NCBI GenBank assembly: GCA_037444445.1
Contig: JBBIMK010000038.1
Coordinates: forward strand, 1-14,700
From: a bacterium
GTDB taxonomy: Bacteria; UBP7; UBA6624; JBBIMK01
Direction of reading: 5' to 3'
Length of the DNA stretch: 14,700 bases
The notes under the pieces are model-generated. The model saw only the letters and a list, made by a program, of their open reading frames with translations, was not told where the DNA came from and made no database searches. Shown piece by piece: positions 1-5,817 of this stretch. Made by a program: the position numbers and the translations under genes. Within the stretch, counting starts at the first letter, position 1, and each line of letters begins with the position of its first letter.

Positions 1-411
1 CTGGGAGAGTTCGTGAAGGCTCAGCGAGTTGCCTGCGGCTGCCTTGACGGCGGCGACCCACCCCCACCTCCCCCCTGTAATGGACCTCCTTTGGGCTGCA
101 CCGACGATGACATTGGCACAGCTTGTGGATGCGCCTCCTGTGTAAACACCTGTGTTGGACGTTTGACACTGACAACTACTGCTCTTCTTTGCTTATTTTT
201 TGTCTTAATCGCTTGCTTAATCGCGTCAATGCTAACAGGTGGCATTGCTCTTATCCCCTATCTCTTGAAGGGACTTGCTTGGTGTGGTATTGCCGCCGGG
301 TTTGGTATTCTTGCCTGCTTGGCTGGCTGTTCGGGAATCTGTTTGAAAGCGGCTCAAAAGAGACCTTGCTTGGAGTTTGTGATCCACTGTAGGCAAGGAA
401 AGTGTTGGTGA
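1..411 (+). CDS. Cys-rich membrane protein, C-terminal part (ORF open at left window edge)
   Basis: Frame 1 is stop-free from nt 1 to TGA 409-411, so the gene may begin left of the window. The first in-window start is GTG 13. The 132 listed residues contain 17 Cys, a Pro6 run (DPPPPPPC) and a CGCASCVNTC cluster. These are followed by 2-3 hydrophobic helices (ALLCLFFVLIACLIASML, LAWCGIAAGFGILACLAG) and a basic Cys-rich tail. No family recognised. Confidence 0.45.
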   Translation: MGEFVKAQRVACGCLDGGDPPPPPPCNGPPLGCTDDDIGTACGCASCVNTCVGRLTLTTTALLCLFFVLIACLIASMLTGGIALIPYLLKGLAWCGIAAGFGILACLAGCSGICLKAAQKRPCLEFVIHCRQGKCW

Positions 412-1013
412 CTGCTCCATTTCTAATCTCGGGCAAGGGATTACTATTCATCCTTTGCTATATGATACCGATTTTGGCAATCATTTGCCGCCTCGTTCTT
501 TTCCGATATTTCACCAAGGTTAGGCCAATCCTTGCTTCGTGGACTTTTCGGAATTACTATACCATAGATATGATGTACCTCCTCTGGCTTTTAAGTATCG
601 CAAACTATGGGTTGTTTCTGAAAGGGTGGAACCCATTGTTTCCCGCTTCACACTGGACAATTCTCGATATTTTCATTGGCTCAATGTTGTTATACTTCAC
701 ATACATGATCCCTGTTTTCCTCACGGTTTTGGTAACGCGAAGAAAACGCTTTATTGCACAATTTTCGCCCACGATTGAGTTTCTAAATGATTTCTTAAAC
801 CTAGTTCATATATCCACTTTTCTATTTATTTTATATGCTTTTACTAAAATGAAGTTCATAGAGTGGATAATGCCATCTTTTTTCCTTCTCTTGCCGACAC
901 TTTCAATCAGATGGCAGTTAGTTCACAAAAAGTTAGAAAATATGGGTGAGCAAAGCCAGCGTAGCACAGAGAGAATTGGGAAACTCCCATATGATAACCA
1001 AACATATGAGTAA
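402..1013 (+). CDS. Hypothetical polytopic membrane protein (~5 TM) in AT-rich island
   Basis: 203-aa ORF. GTG 402 overlaps the upstream stop by 10 nt (GTGTTGGTGA); an alternative ATG lies at 462. Five hydrophobic segments (LLFILCYMIPILAIICRLVLF, MMYLLWLLSIANYGLFL, ILDIFIGSMLLYFTYMIPVFLTVLV, FLNLVHISTFLFILYAF, WIMPSFFLLLPTLSI) precede a polar tail. Roughly 40% GC by hand count versus ~55% bulk. No family recognised. Confidence 0.55.
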   Translation: MLVTAPFLISGKGLLFILCYMIPILAIICRLVLFRYFTKVRPILASWTFRNYYTIDMMYLLWLLSIANYGLFLKGWNPLFPASHWTILDIFIGSMLLYFTYMIPVFLTVLVTRRKRFIAQFSPTIEFLNDFLNLVHISTFLFILYAFTKMKFIEWIMPSFFLLLPTLSIRWQLVHKKLENMGEQSQRSTERIGKLPYDNQTYE

Positions 1014-1078
1014 GGTAGAAGATCCCGCGATCGGATGGCAATTTCTGCTGCATATGAAAGTGCTGGGCGATCTTAAAG

Positions 1079-1360
1079 GTGCCGTTACACGAGAGCGGTG
1101 GCGCAAACCCCTTCCCCTGGCCCCAGGGCGTAACGAACATCACCAGCGATGGCAACGGAAATGTGGTGCAGTTATGGGGGCGGGATTCAGCCGGGAATAT
1201 CTGGAAAATCTCTCATGAAATGGATTATGAGCAACGGGTGAAGAGAAGTATCTTGAATAATGGTGATGTGATTGAGAATGTGTATGATGGGATGTCCCGA
1301 TACAAATCCATCGGGATTGGGGCTACGCCCTCCGCCGTTATCCGGCGGGAAAGGAATTAA
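1079..1360 (+). CDS. Hypothetical protein with YD/RHS-repeat-like segments, possibly a degraded remnant
   Basis: 93-aa ORF with a GTG start and no separate SD. Segments [19 protein letters not shown] and [18 protein letters not shown] resemble the D-x-x-G-N ... Y-D-x-x-x-R spacing of YD repeats. A further YD-like piece (ISAAYESAGRS) lies just upstream in another frame (1035-1073). A T7 run at 1392-1398 follows the stop. Confidence 0.3.
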   Translation: MPLHESGGANPFPWPQGVTNITSDGNGNVVQLWGRDSAGNIWKISHEMDYEQRVKRSILNNGDVIENVYDGMSRYKSIGIGATPSAVIRRERN

Positions 1361-1433
1361 GCACAGGTGGAGACTCAATCACTGAGAAGCGTTTTTTTGT
1401 GTGTCTAAGAAGGACGTTGGGGAAACGGGAGGG

Positions 1434-1898
1434 TTACACGGAGGTGGAGCGTAGTTGTTTTCTCTTTTCTTCTCGGTATGCTTTTAGTTTCTGGAGCAAG
1501 GAGGGGTCGGAAAGGGCGAGAATCTGGCAGGCGAGGAAGCAGGCGTTCAGGAAGTTATCAATGCCCACTGTGGCGACGGGGATACCCGGGGGCATCTGCA
1601 CGGTGGAAAGGAGGGCATCCATCCCGTGTAAGGGGGTGCCGGTGAAGGGAACGCCGATGACGGGCAGGAGGGTTCGGGAGGCGATGGCGCCTGCCAGATG
1701 AGCGGCTCCGCCGGCGCCGGCGACCCACACCTGCACCCCGGCTTTTTCCCACTCCTGAATCCGCTCTTCCACCAGCCCGGGGTCCCGATGGGCGCTGGCA
1801 ATGCTTATCTGATAGTTCACTCCGAGAGATTTCAAAAACTCTAACCCCTTTTCAGTGGCAGGTAAATCGGATGAACTACCGATTAAAATTCCAATCAC
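1434..1898 (-). CDS. purE: N5-carboxyaminoimidazole ribonucleotide mutase (class I PurE)
   Basis: 154 aa with PurE signatures [18 protein letters not shown] (class I type), PVIGVP and [14 protein letters not shown]. The GTG start overlaps the upstream stop as GTGA (1895-1898). Confidence 0.93.
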   Translation of the reverse strand: MIGILIGSSSDLPATEKGLEFLKSLGVNYQISIASAHRDPGLVEERIQEWEKAGVQVWVAGAGGAAHLAGAIASRTLLPVIGVPFTGTPLHGMDALLSTVQMPPGIPVATVGIDNFLNACFLACQILALSDPSLLQKLKAYREEKRKQLRSTSV

Positions 1899-2155
1899 AG
1901 GCGATTCTCCTTGAGGAAATTTTCATAATCCTCATTCAGGTAGGAAAAGGGGGGGCGACCTTCCTCTTCCCGCTTCTTTTCCATTATCCATCTCTCTATC
2001 TCCTTCTTCCGTGCATTCAGTTCACGCTTCCATTGAGAGGAGGATTCAAACCAGTAGATACGACCCCAATAGATAGCCGCCCCCAGAATCACTATCATCA
2101 CAGAGAGGATTCCCGATAAAACGAGCGTTCGCAGAAGGAGTTCAGTTTTCTCCAT
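1895..2155 (-). CDS. Small single-pass membrane protein with charged coiled-coil-like tail
   Basis: 86 aa with one hydrophobic helix (LVLSGILSVMIVILGAAIYW) followed by a K/E/R-rich segment (KRELNARKKEIERWIMEKKREEEG). ATG 2155 lies 14 nt inside the upstream ORF, and the stop overlaps the purE start, so the gene is translationally coupled on both sides. Confidence 0.55.
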   Translation of the reverse strand: MEKTELLLRTLVLSGILSVMIVILGAAIYWGRIYWFESSSQWKRELNARKKEIERWIMEKKREEEGRPPFSYLNEDYENFLKENRL

Positions 2156-2522
2156 TCTGACCCTTTTCTTTTTTCTTTTCCATTTTCCTGGCTTCTGCTA
2201 TTAATTTTAACCGATGTTCCTCCACTTCATCTCGCAACTTTTTCAACTCCTGATGCCGGGTAAGGAACATCAGGAGAGTTAAAAGCAAAAGAAGGGGCAT
2301 AAAATAGATGAAGAAAGTCAGGCTGAGATGTAAGCGAGTTTCCGTGAGGAAGCCAAAGACAAAGCACAGGAGTATCAGGAGGGAAAGGAGGACGATGAAT
2401 TTCTGAAACAGGGAAGGTTTGCGTTCCGACCAGTATCGGAGTTCGTAGGCGAACCCGAGGGAAATGAGGAAGAGCAAGAGGAAGGAGAAGATAAAAATGG
2501 GCAGGGGGATTTCAATTCGCAC
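2142..2522 (-). CDS. Small polytopic membrane protein (3-4 TM) with C-terminal coiled-coil-like tail
   Basis: 126 aa. Hydrophobic segments IPLPIFIFSFLLLFLISLGFA, FIVLLSLLILLCFVFGFL and FFIYFMPLLLLLTLLMFL are followed by HQELKKLRDEVEEHRLKLIAEARKMEKKKEK. GTG 2522 overlaps the lpxC stop (2512-2514) by 11 nt. Confidence 0.6.
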   Translation of the reverse strand: MRIEIPLPIFIFSFLLLFLISLGFAYELRYWSERKPSLFQKFIVLLSLLILLCFVFGFLTETRLHLSLTFFIYFMPLLLLLTLLMFLTRHQELKKLRDEVEEHRLKLIAEARKMEKKKEKGQNGEN

Positions 2523-3318
2523 GAAGAGCCTCCTTCAGGATTCGGCGAGTGAGGAGATGATTCAGGCGGTGTCCGCTCCGGATTCCGAGGATGGTGCCCT
2601 GAACCCGGAGGCCCGCCACGGCCAGGTCGCCTAAGATGTCCAGAATTTTGTGTTGAGCGGGCTCATGAGGATTTCGCAGAGGCGTATGGGGTCCTGAGAT
2701 GCGGAATAGAATCCCCTCGGAACCTGTGAGATTATGCAGGCGACCGCTCTTCTGAACTTCCTGCAGTTCTTCTTCCGTGATGAAGGTTCGTGCGGGGGCG
2801 ATTTGTGTGCAGAATCTTTCTTCATCCACCTCACACAGCAGAAAGTCGCGTTCCAGCGCGGGGTGAGGATAGTCCAGAAGATACCCGATGCGGAGTTTCT
2901 CACCCGGGAAGAGAGCGAGGAAGCGGTTTCCGTCTGCGCAAGCCAAGGGAGCGAGAGGATGGAAAACCTTCCACTCCTGTTTCTGTTCCACCAGCCCTGC
3001 CTGTTTTATAGCGGTTACCCAGGGAAGGGCACTTCCATCCAGAATGGGAAGTTCATCGGAGGAAATCTGGATTTTCACATTCCCGATGCGTAGGCCATAA
3101 AGGGCAGCCAGAAGATGCTCCGGCAGGTTGACCTGCACGCTGCCATTAGAAAGGGAGGTGTAGCGGTCTTTCTCCTGAAGGACTGAGACCCCAGGGAGAA
3201 GGGTTCCTGCGGGAGTGTGAAAAGAGATTCCTTCCCCTTCTTTTGCCGGGAGCAACAGAACTTCCACGGGTTTGCCTCCGAAAAGCCCGGTGCCGTTCAC
3301 GATTACGGGATGAGCCAC
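2512..3318 (-). CDS. lpxC: UDP-3-O-acyl-N-acetylglucosamine deacetylase
   Basis: LpxC signatures PEHLLAAL (Glu/His), ELPILDGSA, QHKILDILGDL (His/Asp zinc ligands) and RSGHRLN. The first canonical start is GTG 3318, which has no SD. The conserved N-terminal residues (ILHRLRT) are encoded upstream in frame, from ATC 3339, which sits 7 nt after GGAGGTG. The true 5' end may therefore be 3339. Confidence 0.93.
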   Translation of the reverse strand: MAHPVIVNGTGLFGGKPVEVLLLPAKEGEGISFHTPAGTLLPGVSVLQEKDRYTSLSNGSVQVNLPEHLLAALYGLRIGNVKIQISSDELPILDGSALPWVTAIKQAGLVEQKQEWKVFHPLAPLACADGNRFLALFPGEKLRIGYLLDYPHPALERDFLLCEVDEERFCTQIAPARTFITEEELQEVQKSGRLHNLTGSEGILFRISGPHTPLRNPHEPAQHKILDILGDLAVAGLRVQGTILGIRSGHRLNHLLTRRILKEALRAN

Positions 3319-3369
3319 GGTGCGTAGTCGATGAAGGATGGCTGTTCACCTCCACGGATAGTGTAACAT

Positions 3370-3407
3370 AAAAAGCCCCACACCCCAGTAACAGGTGTGG
3401 GGCTTTT
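3370..3407 (-). terminator. Rho-independent terminator of hup (symmetric, flanked by A5 and T4 on the plus strand)
   Basis: Perfect 10-bp stem GCCCCACACC (3375-3384) / GGTGTGGGGC (3394-3403) with a 9-nt loop. On the minus strand it is followed by TTTTT (3374-3370). It starts 22 nt after the hup stop. Confidence 0.75.
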
Positions 3408-3428
3408 GCACATAGAAGGCGGTGCCCT

Positions 3429-3701
3429 TTACCTGACAGCCTTTTTCAGCCGGGCACCCGGGCGGAAGAAGGGCACGGTCCGAGCCGGGATGTTGATGGG
3501 CTTCTTGGTCCCGGGAACGACGCCCTTCCGAGCGTTTCTCCTCCGGGTTTCAAAGGAGCCGAAGCCAACCAGACGGACGGCATCTTTCTTGCTCAGTGCG
3601 ATGCGGACACTGTCAATGAAAGCGTTGACAGCCTTTGTCGCGTCCTTCATGCTCAGCCCCGCCTTGGAAGAAACGCTCTTCACCAGGTCAGCCTTATTCA
3701 T
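3429..3701 (-). CDS. hup: DNA-binding protein HU
   Basis: 90 aa with a typical HU/IHF fold sequence: MNKADLV..KAGLSMKDATKAVNAFIDSV, LVGFGSFETRRRNARKG, a Pro-containing arm (VPGTKKPINIPA) and VPFFRPGARLK. Strong SD AAGGAGGTG lies 8 nt upstream of ATG 3701. Confidence 0.93.
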   Translation of the reverse strand: MNKADLVKSVSSKAGLSMKDATKAVNAFIDSVRIALSKKDAVRLVGFGSFETRRRNARKGVVPGTKKPINIPARTVPFFRPGARLKKAVR

Positions 3702-3847
3702 TTACTCTGCACCTCCTTTGTATGGATTTTTGGGTGGAAATCAACTTTGCCTTCCGGTCTTCTGTTGGGGGAAAGGTTACATCGGGCTCCTATTCCCCGG
3801 ATTTCTGAACACCCGATTTTATCGCCTTTTTGCATCCTCACCATAGT

Positions 3848-3876
3848 ACCCTACTATATTTAATCCATTTTGTCAA
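3848..3876 (-). promoter_or_regulatory. Candidate sigma-70-type promoter of hup (TTGACA-N17-TAGGGT)
   Basis: On the minus strand, a perfect -35 TTGACA (3876-3871) is followed by a 17-nt spacer and TAGGGT (3853-3848, which fits TANNNT). A-tracts lie immediately upstream. This implies a ~140-nt leader. Confidence 0.4.
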
Positions 3877-4102
3877 GGGGTTTTCAGGTTTTTTAGTGGT
3901 TTTTTTTACCCATTTCATCAGAGATTTGATTTTTTTACCGGTGGGATTGTGTCAGAGATTTCGGAAATATCCGCATTTTTTAAGCACAGGGATTCAGGGG
4001 GGAAAACTGAGCGGTTTTCACACAAACCACCCTGTTACGCATATCCAGCGGGTGGGGCGAGAAGATGGCGTCCCATACACTCTTTGCTGATTTCCGGATA
4101 TA

Positions 4103-4630
4103 ATGATAACGATGCTGTATCCGGTTTTAATTAGCGGAAGCCTCACCGGGTGTCTGCACCTTCTTGTGCCCGATGGGTTGCCCTTTCTGGCGGGGGCGGT
4201 GGCGTATGGGGTCAGTGAAATGATATTCCGCCTCCCGGGCTTCTCTTCCACCGTTCTGCTGATTGTGCTGGTTCTCCTTGCTTTCTGCCTTCGTTTTCCC
4301 CCGCCATTTCACTCCATCCTCCCTGTTCCTGTCATCCTCCTGGGCGGTATGTATCTACGCCCCAATGCACCTTCTGTGACCCTGCTCTATTTTCTCCTCT
4401 TCCCTGTTCTTTTTTCCTATCAAAGAAAGCGATACACGGAAATGGGCTTACTCTGGTTCTGTATCATTCTTCTTGTGGGGGGGTTTCTTCTGTCTGACCT
4501 GCTCACTCTGCCGGACTTTTTTCTTTATGCCTCGCCCTGGCTGGGTTATGCATTCCGTTATCGCCGTCCACCCGTATGGGTGATGGAAGCGACGATATAC
4601 CTTTCTTTTTTATATCTGGGTATACGGTAA
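4103..4630 (+). CDS. Hypothetical integral membrane protein (~5-6 TM)
   Basis: 175-aa hydrophobic, Pro-rich ORF, the only long plus-strand ORF in the hup/rhomboid gap. ATG 4103 overlaps a TATAAT box (4099-4104), so in-frame ATG 4112 may be the real, possibly leaderless, start. No family recognised. Confidence 0.5.
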   Translation: MITMLYPVLISGSLTGCLHLLVPDGLPFLAGAVAYGVSEMIFRLPGFSSTVLLIVLVLLAFCLRFPPPFHSILPVPVILLGGMYLRPNAPSVTLLYFLLFPVLFSYQRKRYTEMGLLWFCIILLVGGFLLSDLLTLPDFFLYASPWLGYAFRYRRPPVWVMEATIYLSFLYLGIR

Positions 4631-4641
4631 TCCTTGAGGGG

Positions 4642-5595
4642 CTATATCATGCGGAGGAAATCCAGATAATTTTGATACACCTGTATCATGCGTGCATTTC
4701 TCTGGCGGATGGCTTCATCCAGCATTTTCTCCGCCAGGGCTCTGGCTGAGTTGTAATCTCGCTGGCGAATCAACCGGTCCAGTTCGGGGACGCCATAAGC
4801 GGGTGCGGAGGAAAAACCTTTCGTCAGTCGCTGATGCTCCACCGTATCCTCCAGGAGGAAGGAGGGGCGCCTTCGTCGCACGCTGGGAACCCCGTCATAC
4901 CCCAGGTGTATGATTCGTTCCCGATACCGGAGAGGAATCCCCAGCACAATCCCGCTGACGAATCCGCCGATATGCGCCCAGTAGGCAATGCCGCCCGCTT
5001 CCGGAAGCCCAAACAGCATCACACCGCCAAAAATCTGCAAAAGGAACCAGAATCCCAGCCAGAGGACTGCGGGAAACGCCACCACACGCCAGAAATAAAA
5101 GGCAGTCACTAAAGTGAGGATACGGGCCGAGGGATAAGTGACCAGATACAACCCCATCACGCCTGCAATGGCTCCGCTGGCTCCCACGGCGGGCAGGGTG
5201 GAAGAAGGGCTGAAAGCCACATGGATTCCACCGGCAAGTAGCCCGCAGAGAAGGTAGAACAGCAGAAAGCGAGAATGCCCCATCACCCACTCTATGTTGT
5301 CACCGAATAGCCACAGAAAATACATATTCCCCACCAGATGCCACAGATTGCCGTGGAGAAACATAGAGGTGAAAAGGGTCCACACACCCAGATTCCCTGC
5401 CACAGCCTGTTTTCCTGTGATTACGGCCGGGATGGTTCCGTAAATATAGAAGACCTGCTCCATATTCGGCGCCGCCGCTTCCAGTGTAAAAATCACTGCA
5501 TTGACCACGATGAGAGCAATCACCACCAGGGGAAACTGGTAACTCGGATTTTCATCCCGAAGTGGAAACATATTCTTCTCGCCGTCCTTCACCAT
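4642..5595 (-). CDS. Rhomboid family intramembrane serine protease with C-terminal soluble extension
   Basis: Rhomboid motifs are in the right order: HGNLWHLVGN (TM2 His/Asn), GASGAIAG (catalytic GxSG) and AHIGGFVSG (catalytic His). The six-TM core is followed by a helical tail of ~95 aa. An alternative start lies at ATG 5571. Confidence 0.88.
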   Translation of the reverse strand: MVKDGEKNMFPLRDENPSYQFPLVVIALIVVNAVIFTLEAAAPNMEQVFYIYGTIPAVITGKQAVAGNLGVWTLFTSMFLHGNLWHLVGNMYFLWLFGDNIEWVMGHSRFLLFYLLCGLLAGGIHVAFSPSSTLPAVGASGAIAGVMGLYLVTYPSARILTLVTAFYFWRVVAFPAVLWLGFWFLLQIFGGVMLFGLPEAGGIAYWAHIGGFVSGIVLGIPLRYRERIIHLGYDGVPSVRRRRPSFLLEDTVEHQRLTKGFSSAPAYGVPELDRLIRQRDYNSARALAEKMLDEAIRQRNARMIQVYQNYLDFLRMI

Positions 5596-5817
5596 TATAC
5601 ATCAGGTATTGATTTTCTATCACTGGAAGAAAACACATACGGGTTGAGAAGTGAACGACTTCCTCACGCCTCAGGGCAGAAGAATCGTGAACTTAATAAA
5701 GAGATTCCAACATTCTCAAGAATGAGAGAATATTGGATGGGAGATGGCGAGAATGCTTGGTGAAAGAAGCCCTATGTGGTTAGAGGGCTGAAAGCCATCG
5801 GTGCTGAATCTGGATTC

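Noticed and set aside
13-200. Reading the Cys/Ser/Thr-rich stretch (ACGCASCVNTCVGRLTLTTT) as a RiPP precursor (SCIFF, lanthipeptide or thiopeptide-like)
   Set aside because: It is followed in frame by ~80 residues of membrane helices. No radical-SAM, LanM or cyclodehydratase gene is nearby, and the ORF is open to the left edge rather than being a short peptide gene.
229-411. Internal Met plus LAGC lipobox (MLTGG...ILACLAGC/SGIC) suggesting a small Cys-rich lipoprotein
   Set aside because: The would-be signal peptide has no positively charged N-region and no SD before the Met. In a protein with 13% Cys, an L-A-G-C tetrapeptide is easily produced by chance.
1372-1398. Terminator between the convergent plus-strand ORFs and purE
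   Set aside because: A T7 run (1392-1398) is present, but the best preceding stem is only CTCA/TGAG (4 bp). On the purE strand the run reads as A7. This is too weak to call.
3397-3846. 149-aa plus-strand ORF covering the hup locus
   Set aside because: It lies antisense to a textbook HU gene that has a strong SD and terminator. Its composition is low-complexity and Arg/Leu/Phe-rich, and no motif is present. It is a shadow ORF.
3830-4134. Small ORFs (86 aa and 61 aa) in the hup / 4103 intergenic region
   Set aside because: Their Phe-rich sequence is simply the translated T-tracts. They have no SD and no plausible fold, so the region is better explained as promoter and curved DNA.
1-5595. Functional link between the rhomboid protease and the left-edge membrane-anchored protein (rhombosortase / GlyGly-CTERM type)
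   Set aside because: The tail lacks a GlyGly-CTERM signature. The rhomboid looks like a generic GlpG-type enzyme with a soluble tail and lies 4 kb away on the other strand.
4692-5763. Alternative-frame ORFs within or opposite the rhomboid gene (4834-5112 +, 4895-5290 -, 5338-5763 +)
   Set aside because: The rhomboid frame carries all catalytic motifs in order. The alternative frames are Arg/Pro/Gly-rich with no motifs.
5768-5789. Hairpin AGCCCT-N10-AGGGCT downstream of proline dehydrogenase as a terminator
   Set aside because: The stem is only 6 bp with a 10-nt loop, and the trailing sequence (ttctttcacc) is only moderately T-rich. It is not convincing.
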